NCBI GenBank assembly: GCA_015680685.1
Contig: MNCI01002391.1
Span: 133,537 to 197,536 of the forward strand
From: Gnetum montanum
Lineage: Eukaryota; Plantae; Gnetophyta
DNA length: 64,000 nt
Reading direction: 5' to 3'
The translations under genes and the position numbers were made by a program. Positions 25,541 to 38,636 of this stretch are shown here, piece after piece. A model generated the notes under the pieces. That model was not told the origin of the DNA and did not search any database. It saw only the letters and a list, made by a program, of their open reading frames with translations. Every line of letters begins with the position of its first letter. Position 1 is the stretch's first letter.

Positions 25541-26399
25541 CCTCCCTTGGCAAGGGAGGAACCATCACTGCATGGATGGATTCTTCATTAGTGGGGATGT
25601 TCTTATAACATAAATGAAAGTAAACATTTTGACCAACACCTCATGATGTGTGGTAGAAGTCATGATTAGGTCATACAAGCTTAAAGTTATATTCTTCTAC
25701 TTGAAGGACTGCCTAACTTGATCTATCACACTAAGGAAGTTTTTATCATTAGCCATGAACTTGTTGCCCTAGTTGTGCTTTACTTCCTCCATGCATCCCA
25801 AAATATGAATCTTGGCTTTAGGTTGTGGTTGTTGGGGCTTTTCCTTGATCTTCTAGTTATGGGCTTTAGGGTCTTCCTGTGACTTGTTGGTTGAAATGTG
25901 TTGAGCAAAGAAGTGCATGGGTATAGCTAAAAGGCAAGTGGGGTTTGGTGGATTCACTTTCTTTCATGCCTCCATCTCCTTGTCACCCTTGTTGCTAGGC
26001 TTTTTCTTATGCTTCTTCTTTTACTTAGTTGAATTTTTCTCTTTGTCAGTCATTGGTTGTGAAGAAGAGGTAGTAGCATTATCCAACACAAGAGGTTGTT
26101 GTGTAGTTGGTTGGGCTACGATTGGTTGGGGTGTGTTAGGCTGAGGCATCCTAATGATAAAAGAAATCCCCCAAAGGAATTCATGATGGTACTCTTATGA
26201 CAAAGGGAGATTTTGAGCTAGTGGAGGCTGAAGGAGACGTTTCATCACAAAGGGATACTCAGATAACAAATGGTTCTCTTGGGGATTTTCGATCATCATC
26301 AATGTTGAATGTTGAAATGATGTAAGGACTGTCATTAGCATTCAATAGGTCCTTTTAGACCTACATAAACTAATTTTATGGTCAAAATACATTGAAAGC

Positions 26400-28200
26400 A
26401 TCTAAGACCAACTCCCCCCTATCTATCATCCTTTGCAAGTCATCCCTTATCACAAGGTAGAAGTTTATATCATGACTAGATAGCTAGTGATAATGGCAAA
26501 AGTAGTCTAACTTGAAGTACATAGGTAGTTGAGGGTCATCTCTCATTATTGTAGTGGGGTCTTTGGCTATTTCACAATGTCCATCATGCTTCCTTTAGAA
26601 ATCTTGAGACATTTGTTTGTATTCAATATATCCACTTTTTAAAATTTGGTCTAACAATTATGATGGTTTTAATGGCAATGAAATGTACTTAAACTTTTCC
26701 TTCCTTTCAAAGTTAGGTCTAGATGTTGTCGACACAGTGGATCCAAAGGTTGATGATTGGTTATTGTTGTCATTAGTGGGGCCTTGGGTGGGTTTTTCCT
26801 TGGCCCCTAGTTTTTGGTTTTTTTCCTTTGGTTATAGTTACTACAATCATATTTTTTTGTTTGTTTCTCTCTATCTCTTTGTGTATGTTGGTTTTTACAT
26901 GCTATTTAGACAAGATCATGACTAGCCTTTGTATCATCCTCTATATTTTTAGTTTGAGAAAATGCCTAGCTAAGGGACTAAGGATCAATGTAGTAGAGCT
27001 TGGACTTGATGAAGTTATTTATCACTCCCTTAAATATGGCCAACAAATGGACTTTAACTATAGGCTCTAGTATTTCATTTCGTAGTATATTCCACCATTG
27101 AATAAATTTCTACACAAGCTCAAGGGATCCCTACTTGATCTTCATGAGTTGATCAAGTGTGGTGTTAGGCTTCAAGTTATACTTGAAGTAGTCAAAAAAT
27201 TGGACTATCATGTCTTCTAGAGAGGATATCGATCCTCTACTTAAGGTTTGATACCAATCAAGTGCTTTCCTATCCAATGACATAGGAAAAATCCTCATGA
27301 TGGTATGAGGCCATGGATGCAAGATTAAGCACTTAGATATAAAGGTTATAAGATGAGCATTAGGATCACCTTCTCCATTGTATTTGCTAAACTAGGGAAT
27401 AGGGACACTAGGAGGAAGCATCAAGGATGGAACCACAGAATTGATTGGATCATCCTAGTAGAAGTCTATAATCTTGACACTTTAATAATTAGAGGCTTTA
27501 AGCCTCGTCAACTCCTTTGCTAGGTCCTAGATCATCTAGAAGGCTTGATCTAGGCCCTATGATGGTCTTGTTAGTTGTGGTTTTTGTACATAGGACTGTG
27601 ACATTTTTTATGAGGCTTGTGACCTTCCTATGGATTGAAAGATAGAAGAAAGTAATTACGTTATGGTTATGGATTGTAGGCCAAACAAAGAAAAGGATGG
27701 TTGTGCTAGTATTTGAGGCACAAATGAGATAATGGGATGTGTTATCATTGAGTTACTTATGGTCCCATGGTGGATCCCACATAAGTAGTTAATGGATTTG
27801 TAATGGTAAAAACCACCATCGATGATTGCAAAAATCAACATTGTATAGAAAATAGTACAAACATGTTATAGGTTATTATTTGTTGCATTGATTGAGTTTG
27901 ATGCATGGCTATGAAAAGTGTGGACTCCACCCTAGTAGGGTAGCAGGAAGTGGAAGATGGCATCACCATGCCCATAGAGAAAATAAAGGTATGAAGGGAA
28001 GACTCAATGGCCTTGGGGATCACTTTTTGGAACAATCCCCCTAAGATGTTTCTGTGCTCAAATTCTAGCCTAAACTCATCCTCCTCTTCTTGTTGTTTCT
28101 CGAAGCTATGTTTGTCATTCTCTTTCTCCATCTCAATCAATTAGGCTAGGATATCCACATAGATATCAGATAAAGGTATTTGGTCATAGGAGGAAGGGAT
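26400..28200 (-). pseudogene. gag: Ty3/gypsy (Tat/Ogre-type) gag
   Basis: FSKYNGEGDPNAHL...MRIFPMSLDRKALDWYQTLSRGSISSLEDMIVQFFDYF (Retrotrans_gag) and Tat-type YFCHYH*LSSHDINFYLVIRDDLQRMIDRG at ~26420-26520. Confidence 0.85.
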
Positions 28201-28589
28201 GTACTCCTTACCATTATGATAGATAAGTTTAAACTCCCTTTTGACTTCTACTTCCAAACATGGAATTAGCATGTTGGCCTATATCTTAGTACAAATGAAG
28301 TTATATTGATCTTCATCTATGGTTGCAAAATTAGGAATTTTCCCTCTAACCCTCAAAGATTTCCTACATTTTATGATAGTAGGATCTTTAGGTTCATAGA
28401 CCCTCATGGCTTGTTGACTAAGATCTTTGTCAATGAAGGTGAGGGACAACTTGGTAGATTGCTAGAAAGACATTGTCTATTTTGTCAAAAAAAAAAAAGC
28501 TCGAAATAGGCTATAAATGATAAAGCAAAAGTGAATTCCAATGAATAGTATTAAAAATGTTTAAAAGAAAGAAAAAATATCTAAAAACA

Positions 28590-29220
28590 AAGTACTTACT
28601 ATAATTAGTAAGTTATGGAGAAGGGGGGTTTACCACTTTATCAAAAATGAAAAGCTGGAAAAGTTGATGCTAAGCCTCACCCATGCTAGCCTCCCAACTA
28701 CCTCTACATTAGGTATGAAATGGCGGAAAATAAGGGGGATGAGATAGTGAAAATCTCATACTTTCTAACTCAATGTTGATGAGGGGAAGGCTATAAACCA
28801 AAGTGGAAAGTTTGGATTTTCCTACTAAAACTTTGTTTTAGCAAGCTGCCAATTTTCTCCACTTGGAGAAAAGAATAGGTTATAAAAGAGAAAAAATCAA
28901 ATCAAATCCCAACAAGTGAATTTCAAAAATTGAGCACTTACTATAATTAGTAAGTGGGGGGTAAGGGGAGTGCACCTCTTTACCAAAATTTAAAAATTAG
29001 AAACATGGATGTTAAACATCCTCTATATTAACCTCCTGGCTACCTCTACATTGGGTATGGTAGGGGGGAAGGGAAGTAGGTGAGATGGGTAATCCCACAC
29101 TTTCTTACTTCAATGTTGGAGAGAGGAGAGAAATGTTTGAAGGCAAAAATGGAAACCTAGTAGTTTCCAAAAAATGGTTTTAGCAAGCTACCAACTTTTA
29201 CCATAGAGGGAAAAGAAGGT
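28590..29220. repeat. ~345 bp tandem duplication in gypsy 5' region
   Basis: ACTTACTATAATTAGTAAGT...CTACCTCTACATT...TTTTAGCAAGCT occurs at ~28595 and ~28937. Confidence 0.75.
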
Positions 29221-29329
29221 TTGGTTAGTGTGGAAAGTAATGTTAGTTTTGTGGTAAAAAATGTGGTAGAAAAAATTAAATGGTTATTAAGTCTTCCACA
29301 TTGGTTTTGTTCTAAAAATTCATAATAGG

Positions 29330-30441
29330 TGTTGTGAAATTTCAGCACCCAAACCACCTACAACTTCTACGTTGTGGTTTCTACCATAGGAGGGTAAGGA
29401 CAATGTTGGATTTCCAAGGTCTTGGTTACAAAAATGCAAATTTACTGCTAGGAGACAATGTTGATAATATGGTTAACATATTTTGTCATAGAAATTGGGT
29501 GGAGTCCCTCTTTTTAGTGCCAAAAAAAATTTTGCAACTAGAAAAATCTATTCATAGGAAAAAACCAATGGATCTAGTGCATAGCAGTCCTCAACCCACG
29601 AATCCCTAAGGCCTCTGAAAAAATGGCATTTAAGGTGCCCTCACTAGTCTGATAGATCAACCAAGGAGTTACGAAAATGCAAAATAGGGTAATAAAAATA
29701 GAATGCTAAAAACTAATAACAAATCTAAATAATGCACAAAAAATAAATGAATACATTTTTTTCACAAAAAACCTAGAACTTAAAAATTTTATTGAGAAAG
29801 AATTAAGAATAAGTTAGCGAAATGTGTACAAATGTTGCCTAAGTGGGTAGCAAGATGGTTCACTTAGATAGGAATTTAAGGTCCATTGAAGTAGATGTAG
29901 TCAACTCCATGAGCTAGATGTCCTGCCACTCACAATGCTATTGAACCTCCTATGCTACTACTCTAGATCTATAATGTTGGCTATGATGGAAGGTTGAGAA
30001 GTGTGAAGAATCTAAGCTACTCAAGTGCTCTACACTAGGAGTTGGGAATCCCAGAAGTGCAACATGAAGCTTGAAAATTCACAAATCCCAAAGGGGGTTA
30101 CAAGGTCATAAGGTTTCCATGTTGGGTTCAAGAGAAGACAAGTGTGAAAACTTGTAAGAACTCTTGAGTACTTAAGAATGCCCAAGTGTAGAACTGTGAA
30201 CAAATTGTTGAACTGTGTAAAAATTTGTGTAACCAATGTGAATAGTATAGGATTGCCAAAGTGTTTGTATGTCAAAATTTGTTAAACCTATAAATGGTGT
30301 TTGAGGCTAGTTTTTATAGGTCTTAGGCCATGAACGAAGCTACAAAATGACTATGATTTGGCTGTAAATTGGCTACAAAATTGCTGTAAATTTCTACCTC
30401 ATATAGGTAAGATGGGTGTCCAAATTCTGGGGGTTACTATA
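29330..30441 (-). repeat. Ogre-like solo LTR
   Basis: Minus strand begins T(A)TAGTAACCCCCAGAATTT and ends GCTGAAATTTCACAACA; minus-strand CCTATAAAAA at ~30311-30320; no convincing TSD. Confidence 0.55.
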
Positions 30442-30713
30442 TATGGTAATTTCCTTTCCTCCATGGTCATTTTTTTACTATAAATAGTAATATGGGCATC
30501 CATTCTACATTGAAGATAGATCTTCCATGCTAAGTCTTCTACCATCCTTGTTGGAGTGGTTGGTCAATGTTGGAGTGCATGGAGTGTTGAAATTTGGCTT
30601 ATATGGCTTCCATGTTGGGGGCATGCAATTTTGATATTGGGGAAGAGGGAGAGATTTTCCAAGCCAAGGGAAAACCCCCCACTCCCTCACACTGGGGGTA
30701 GGTGAGATTTACA

Positions 30714-30715
<2 letters not shown>

Positions 30716-30744
<29 letters not shown>

Positions 30745-30746
30745 CN
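30716..30746. other. Poly-C run ending in N: assembly gap/artefact
   Basis: About 30 C followed by N at 30746; the flanks appear unrelated. Confidence 0.85.
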
Positions 30747-30747
30747 A

Positions 30748-30960
30748 TAAACACAAGTTGACCTTTTTCACTTGGGAAATGAGACTTTGACCACTTATGA
30801 GGCATTTTTTAGCCCTAAAAGCATGGGATATGTGATATTTCCCGTCGTGGATTACAATCTTCACATTTATAATGAAGTTTTGCCTCAATTTTCATGGGAT
30901 GAAACCTACATGAAGAAATTTGGCTATAACATGCAAATTTTTATGGTGTTTCATAGCTTA
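30748..30960 (+). repeat. Repeat fragment, inverted homolog of ~61750-61940
   Basis: TTTTTCACTTG...CACTTATGAGGCATTTTT(T)AGCC...TTTATAATGAA shared in reverse complement. Confidence 0.7.
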
Positions 30961-31029
30961 CCATTATTAAGAAAAACATATTTTAATGTTATCAATAAAT
31001 TATTGAGTTATAGAGTCCCTTGTTTAAAA

Positions 31030-34000
31030 TGATCAAAGATTTCCAACTCTTCCCAATCCATTTCTATATTTTTGTAACAGATTTGGTTATGAATATTCTT
31101 CATGTCATGCATGTTATTAATATAAGCACTTGTGAGAACCTCTACTAGTTCCATGCATATTGTTGAATCTAAGCTACCATCTAGCATTAGCCATGGGGTA
31201 CCTTCTTATTTATCAATGCTATGTAAAACATCTTTAAATAGTTGATGTTTTGGCACACTTATTGCATATTGTGATGGATGTACATTTCAAGGTCCATATC
31301 TATTGCACACAATGACACCCTATGTCATCATATACAATACATGAAATGCACTTCTTCTCTATCATTCTAAAGTCATTTTCCTTGGATATTTCCACTGAGA
31401 GGTCTTTTATCCCAATCTTGGCATCAAATTTTCTAAGCCAAGAACTTTTCATAATAATTGGGAAGACCCTATTATTGTTATCCACATGGATTACTAAGAA
31501 ATTTACTAGATATGACCATTCACAAATGGTGGTCACAATATCCTCCACCAATCCCAAACAAACAGTGATGGATTGATCTACAAGCTCCAATATGATATTA
31601 CATTTCTTGAGCAAAGGCAAGTTTCAAGTCTTATACATTTCTTGAGAAATTAAGTTCACTATCAAACCTAAGTCCAGCAGATCCTTCCATGGATCATTTC
31701 CTATAATCTGCAAATAAATTAAGGGACTTCTAGCATCATATCATTTCCTAGGAAGGTGTCATGCCTTGATCCAAAATGTGACCACATGAGTCAAAATGAC
31801 AACATGAAGATTTGGAGACTTTTAGTTTGAAGGCTACTCAATTGTAACTTCAAAAGTAATTGATGCAGGGTTAGCAACCATAGATATCTGTAAGAGTTTA
31901 GATGGACTTTTAAGTTTGAAGAGAGGTCTCTTTAAAGACTTATACTCAAAACCACTTAGATGGTCATCTAACTATAAGTTCATAGCCCACATTGCATTTT
32001 TTTGTTGAGCTTATGATGCAAATTCCCCTTGCATAGGTGGTGTAGGTGGCAAGGGAGTAATATTAGAGGGTGCAATATGAGTTGGTGGATACAAAGGAGA
32101 ATAAGTGGAAGGAGACTCAATTCATTGATTCAATATTTTATGGGATAGTAGTGAAGGAAAAAAGGAGTGTGTCTTACAAATCCATGAGGAGATACAGGTT
32201 ACTGGACATAATATCCATATGGGTTGAGCTACCAATAAGGGTATTATTATAGTGGTGGTTGCATCCCCCATAACTATGGATTTTTTCATTACTACTAATA
32301 TTCATGAGGTTGAGATGAAGATCTACTTGAGAAAAACTATGGTATGTGGAATTATTATCAATAATTACCTTGAGCACAAGGAAATCTCCTAGATGATTGC
32401 CTTTTTGCAATTTTGATTTTAAAGTGTACAACCTAGATTCTTGTAGATTTGACACTACAGGATAACATCCCTTGGGATGTTCATATTGATAAGTATTGCA
32501 TCCTTCATAATTTTTTTCTAAATCTACAACCTCATCAACCATTTTAGCCTTACCTTTTTGCTAAAAGTAGTCATTGCATGTATCTTTCCTCCTTTTTTCA
32601 TCTCTATCTCTACTGCCTTACTTTGTTTTCTCCTTCACAATCTTGAGAGTAATTTGGAACTTCTCATCTAAGGAGGCTCACATTTTGTCCACCTTATTCA
32701 ATACTTCTATAAAAAATTTCTAAATAAACAAGGTTTTTCTTTGCACCACTTTATCTAATGGTGCTTCATCCTCTGAATCACAAAAGCATACCTCCCTCTT
32801 ATAAATGGAGAAATTCCTAATGTATTCCTCTAAACTTTCTTGCTTTTCTTAGCTCTCCTTCTTCCTTTGTTACTTGATCAGTTAATCTTTAGATTCAATG
32901 AGCTCTCATTTCTAAAATTCTTCCTTAGATATAAACTCCAAGATTTTCTCTAGTTTTGGTTTAGAGTCTATCTACTATGTGGTGAAGTTGTTCCCTTTGA
33001 GAAAATCCATGGCATGGGCATCAATGTAAGAGATAGTAATACCTGATTGAGGTTACATCTATGGATTCATGATTATTTTGTTTCCATCCTTGGGTTTGAT
33101 TCATTAGGTTGGACATCCTAGAGTATGTTTGATACATATCATTGAATAGCTCCAATATTGTACTCCATTTACAAATGGATTTCAACTCCAATAACTAGTG
33201 CCAACTTTTAGCTTCTTTGATGAGTATCCTTGGAAACATTTTGAGCTTTTTCTACTCATTCTCAATCTTCTACAATGTACAAGCATCATAAAATACTTTT
33301 AAGTGATGTTACAAATCAGCATTCTACCCTCCTTCAAACTTAAATATATTGTTCATGTTAAGTTATTTAATTTTATTATCCCTTTAATGCCTAGTAGGAA
33401 TTTGAACTGCTTCTAAAATATTGAGCATGTTTCTTGTAGTAAGAAATGGTTCATCATAATCATTATGTTCATGGTGGTCCCTATCATGGCCATCTTTCCT
33501 ATGAATTGACTTGCTATTCCTTTGTTCCTAATGATGCTTCTCTTCCTCTTATGGTTGACTATGATTTCTTTTTCCATCATTATGATGTGAACTTTGATCA
33601 TCTTCATCTTAGTCTCAATCATTCCTCCTTCACTTTCAACCATGGTTCCTCTTCTTAAAGTTTGATGATGAGAAAAATCATGAAGCTAGAGGACTAGGAA
33701 AGCAATGCCTACTAGTCCTTCTCCTATGATTCTTTGATTGTTCTTTCTCCTTTTCTTTTTCTTTTTATTTTGATGAATGACTAAGAGACCTTTTCCTTTA
33801 AGTTCTTCTAGTTTTGGACTTTGTTCTCCCCTCATCCTACTTATTTTCCAAGGTTGATCATAACTATTAGTGAAGTGTGCCTTCCTCATTGAAAGGAGGA
33901 GAATCTTAATGTTAAGATCACCCTGAGAAACATTTAGGTCCTTCTTTTGTGACAGTAGAAAAAATGGCTTCAAGACCTTTTTTTCCTTTGAAGGCTTCAT

Positions 34001-34070
34001 AACATGCCTCCATGCATCAATCTTTTCTTAGCTAAGCATCTATTAGCTAAGACTCTCTGGAGATATGATA
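31030..34070 (-). mobile_element. Degenerate Ty3/gypsy (Athila-like) gag-protease remnant
   Basis: Protease SPLIYLQI...DLLDLGLIVNLI...LELVDQS...GLVEDIVTTICEWSYLVNFLV...FPIIMKSSWL (31350-31740); gag KLKMFPRILIKEAKSW...WKQNNHES (~33050-33330). Confidence 0.75.
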
Positions 34071-34249
34071 TGTTACCTCATACTCTAGGTGTGATGATCT
34101 AATTCCCTACTTTATGAGATTGGCCATGAGCATGGTAGGATCCAACTAATCAAGAGGTAACAAAATGTTATCCTCCAAAATCCTCTAGCATAACTATTCA
34201 TCTTAATGAAAAATGAAAGTGAAATTTAGGTAGTAGGTATCTAGATGTG

Positions 34250-36020
34250 CATAGACCACTTTTAGTTATTGATATTTTTCATCGATAGATCCTTTGGATC
34301 TGTCATGCTACTAATTAGAATCATCAACATGTAGTGGTGAATCATTCTTGCAAGAAGAAGCCATCTTAATGGTTTTGATAAAGTGTGCATTGACATATTA
34401 TTATTATTATTTATGAAAGATAATTCATTATATTTTCCTTACAATAACTTTGTATGACTTTACTATCTACTAATACTTATCACACTTAGCTAAAGTAGGT
34501 CCCTTGCAACAATGCTAATGATGAGCAATGGGTGTTCCCTATGCCCAACTATATGAATCACTAGTGCATACAAGCGCTCTAGTTGAATTCTATGGACTTA
34601 GTTACCTAAGTGGATGATATTCCTAGATGGTGAATTACGTAGTTGTAAGTCATTATCTTCCTAATCCACACTTGTATTAATCTATGCATATGGTTAAGTG
34701 TGGTTGAGGCATAAGATATTTATTTTTATGTTTTTTATTATTTTCTCTTGCTTGCTAAATTATTAAAGTGAATAAACATTTAATATTCAAATTAACTAAC
34801 TAAATGACTACTTTATTAAGTAATTAGCCTAATGTAGAGTATCTTATTTCACTTTCCATATACATCCTAAATGTATATTAATGCTGTTGAGTTACCAAGT
34901 GTATACTACTGGGTGTACCAAGTATTCACTACTAGAATTCCCAAGCATTAGTATATTATGTTCAAAGTGTTCATACTCATGTTACTTATAAACGATAATA
35001 CTAATTACTTAATAATAAGAAAGTAAATTTCATGTAAAGTAAATTGCTAGAAACTAAAGCTAGGTCAATCCAAGTGCTATAGTAGATAGAAGAAATCTCT
35101 ATTTTATTTCTATTCATGCAAATGTGTCCAGATATAGATGCAGTCAAATAAAATGTCATACAATCACTTGAATCCATGCTACATGCACTTAGAGAGAAAA
35201 TATTCCAACTTCTATGAAAATAAACTATAAGATTTCAACTAAGGATATGACTAAAATGTGTCATAAATGTGAAGGGTGTGCATATTCATATAGGTAATGC
35301 TTATGTCAGCTTCAACATATCTACATCAACACATCCTAAGATACATCAATGGGCTTATATCGATGTGGTCATCTTATTTGATATTTCATCAATTTTCCTA
35401 AACCTATTGAAAAAATAATTGTTTTACCAAATTGCAAACTTGGTTAGGATTAGAATAGAGAATGTACTCTTGAATATTCCATTTATTAAGCTAGAGAACT
35501 TCCTCATTAAGCTATCCTTTATCATGGGTTTTCATCATCACTTTTTTGGAATATTTATCTACTAAAGATGCAAAATGATTATGAGTGCAGGCTATAAACT
35601 AGCAAATAGCATTGAAATCTAATGGTATCGTCTCTGCTTCAAGAATCATAATATTATATTGTGTCTATCTCTTCACTTTAAATTTATTAAGTAAAAAAAA
35701 TATAAATTTCTTCTATTTGTTTCCAATAGTTGGGTGCTAATTAGAGCTGCAAATTTGATTTATTTATTTAAAATGTTACCAAGAACATTTGTAATTTTCT
35801 TCATTATATTTTTTAAAACTCATAGCATATATATTTATAGCATATAAAACAGAGATATGTACAACTTCCTCTTAGCATAATAGAATGTCTGCTTAATAGC
35901 AACATGCCTAGAGGGTACAATAATACCAAGTTAGCATTGTCATACTTTGAAACAAAACAATCCATTTTCACATTTCTAATCATATAATGTGGTGCCAACT
36001 TTGTCTCTTTGTTTTTCATC
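34250..36020 (-). mobile_element. Degenerate RTEX-like LINE fragment split by a solo LTR
   Basis: TQYNIMILEAETIPLDFNAIC*FIACT (~35570-35670) matches TSYDILLLEANLLPFEVEALCQFIACT (~51265-51345); YKYICYEF (~35815-35840) resembles YKYLGVEF. The part left of 34518 is weaker. Confidence 0.6.
34519..35391 (-). repeat. Solo LTR, TGATGA...TCATCA family
   Basis: TGATGA and TCATCA termini; direct homolog of 5461-7490 and inverted homolog of 49241-50167; no TSD (GCTAA/ATTTT). Confidence 0.8.
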
Positions 36021-36622
36021 TATTTCATTCATCATTAAAATAAAAATTTAGAGCTCACTTCCATCCTCCATAAAGAGCTATCATTGAAATAGAAATCAAT
36101 ATGCAAATCTCCACTCAACTCTAAAAAACTCTATGTACTCATGTTAATAAACTACTAAATATATAACTTACCATAGGGACAAATTATAACACATTCTTAA
36201 TACCAATTATTACAAACATTACAAGTCATGCCATGCAAAGTTACAAAATATTGGGAACACCATAATGAGAAAACATGAAAAATGAAGTGGGAAAAAAAAC
36301 AAAGAAAGACCAAGTAACTTGTCACATTACAAGTTATTATTACAAATATTACAAGTTGTACAATGCTAAATTGAAAACATGTGGAACAAAGTAAGAAAAG
36401 AAAAACAAAGAACAACTAGGAAAGTAACTTCTTCCCATCTTTAAATCATAAGAGAAAATTAAGCCCGTAACAACTTTTCAACAAAGACCTCACACTCTTA
36501 ATTTGCTGCCACCAACCTACAACATAGGATTCTTAAAATAATTTTTAAATATCTCCTAATATTTTTGAAAAAGAAAAGTGTCATTGAAATTAGCTTCAAA
36601 TTTTAACTTTAAATATTTTAAC

Positions 36623-38636
36623 ATCCGAACACCACCATAGAATTATATGTCAAATTCTAGGATTGGATCAATAATGACTTTGACCAAGTTTGATTGTAGT
36701 CCATTTCTAAAAGCTCTTAAGATGATCTTATCCTTTTCATTCTCATGGGCATGGAATTGTACTTGGAATTGCTAGTATTATACTAATATGCATCTTTTGT
36801 GATTCTTCCATGAATCCTATGCAGGGGCTTCACATTTGAACATGTACTTCAAAGCCATAGAATGAGGAAGAGCAGGTACATTGGTCCATCTTATCTCAAA
36901 TGACTTGACAATGAATGGTCTTGAGACTTGAATTGAAGATGTTGATTGTGACAATTACAACATTGAGAACAACACCTAAACCCTATATTTTCTCATCTAG
37001 GTTTTAGCTATGCCTGCAATCATCTTCATTTTCTATTCCCATATCCCTAGCCATTCTCTAGAACCCAAGACATCATGTTAGTGATGTGAAGACAAAATAT
37101 ATAGTTAACTTGTGTTAAACTTCACTTTTGTCTTGTTTAGTTTTAGAATTTTCTAAAATATGAAAAGAAGAGTTTAGATATCTAAAACTTGTTGTAAAAT
37201 AAAAAGTGAAGACATGTTTGAGTTAATTATTGGTTTTTTTCATTATTTTAACCCTAGATCTAGCTATTTAAATCCATCTTGGGTTGTTTATGATGAGTGA
37301 GTTGAGAGTGTGTGGTCTCTTATGTAAGGGTTGCTATGTGGAAGCAATTGACTTGTGACCTTGTAAACATCTCTATGTATCTTTGGAGTTTTAAATATGT
37401 TGTAAAACTTGCAAAGTTTCTTTCCTATTTATTTCCCTTATTTCTCTCTCACTCGATTCTGCAAGTTTTATTTCCTTATTTTTATTATGTTATTTTTGAG
37501 CTAGTAATATTTACAAATAATGATGTTTTCACAACATGTAATTTGGTAACCAGTGAAATAGGGGCAAGGTTGAGCAAGGTTAGGTTGTGCAATGTTTGTT
37601 ATTGGTGGAGCACAAAGGGTATTCCAAGGTGAATTATTTGCATTTTTTTAGTGCAGATTATTTCAGTGGGAGCTATGTGTACAAGATGATAAAAATGTAT
37701 TATTTTTGTTCTCCTTGATGGATGAAATAGATGAAAAAGAAAAATAGATCAAGATGTTGGCACTATCATGAGATTGGACATATGAAAAGGGATTTCTCTA
37801 TTTTGAGACGATGTTGTCTCTTGGATTTTTTGCTATTGAAGAGACATCTAATTATTATGTTTGAGCTACAAGTCTCTTTTGTTTTGCTCAAGTTTCTTGT
37901 TAGCATGTGCTATTATTTTTTAGGATAGTATTTGGGAATGCAAGTGTAATGCTATCTCATGTTGTTTTGGCTTGAAGAGGCCTATTTCATTAGGATTTTT
38001 CATGCAAAGATGCTCCTTGAATGGTTGTGTGTGCCCTATGATTTTTTTACATGTTATGAAAGGTATGGAGCATTGATTGATGACGTGTTCCTAACTTGTT
38101 TTTCATTAGTTTGAGTGATTTTTCTTCAAGTGGGAGATTGTTAAAGATGTGAAGACAAAAGCTATAGTTAACTTGTGTTGAACTTCACTTTGGTCTTGTT
38201 TGGTTTTAGAATATTTTAAAATATGAAAAGAAGAGTTTAGATATCTAAAACTTGGTGTAAAAGAAAAAGTGAAGACATGTTTGAGTTAATCATTGGTTGT
38301 TACCATTATTTTAACCTTGGATCTACCTATTTAAATCCATCTTGGGCTTTTTATGGTGAGTGAGTTAAGAGTGCATGGTCTCTTGTGTAAGTGTTGCTGT
38401 GTGGATGCAATTGACTTGTGAACTTGTAAAAATATTTGTGTATATCTAGAGTTTTGAAGATGTTATAAAAGTTGCAAAGTTGCTTTCCTATTTATCTCCC
38501 TTGTTTCTCTCTCATTCAATTCTACTAATTTTATTTCCCTGTTGTTGATATGTTATTATTGTGCCAGTAATATTTACAAACAACATTTTTTACACAACAC
38601 ATAATTTGTTAATACATCAGACAATGAAACAATGCA
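36623..38636 (-). pseudogene. Pseudogenised paralog of the DUF761 gene, interrupted by a small LTR element
   Basis: 36623-37075 aligns with ~43928-44360 (e.g. TGAACATGTACTTC...AGAATGAGGAAGAGCAGG, GATTGTGACAATTACAA) and resumes at 38600-38636 (ACAATGAAACAATG). The DUF761 C-terminus was not found. Confidence 0.85.
37076..38599 (+). mobile_element. Complete small non-autonomous copia-derived LTR element (TRIM-like, 1524 bp)
   Basis: 461-bp LTRs at 37076-37536 and 38139-38599 (TGTTA..AACA), PBS-like TGGTAACCAG at 37544, PPT AAGTGGGAGAT before LTR2, TSD CATCA/CATAA, internal zinc-knuckle relic RCWHYHEIGHMKRDF. Confidence 0.88.

Larger units (their letters stand above)
16080..29320 (-). mobile_element. 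Candidate non-autonomous Tat/Ogre-like Ty3/gypsy element (gag-PR, no RT/RH/INT, two accessory genes)
   Basis: Minus-strand order: repeat-rich 5' region, gag, protease, spacer, antisense spliced ORF, sense ORF, PPT GGTAGGGGTA (16322-16331), LTR starting TGATAAATCC at 16321. A single element is inferred from collinearity; no matching 5' LTR was identified. Confidence 0.55.

Noticed and set aside
30442-30713. 5' LTR partner of the 16321 LTR
   Set aside because: It starts TGTAAATCTC on the minus strand after a G-run but does not align with 16080-16321; left unassigned.
30599-30805. Poly-glycine ORF
   Set aside because: Produced by the poly-C/N assembly artefact.
37076-38599. Cassandra TRIM
   Set aside because: No 5S rRNA-like segment recognisable in the LTRs.
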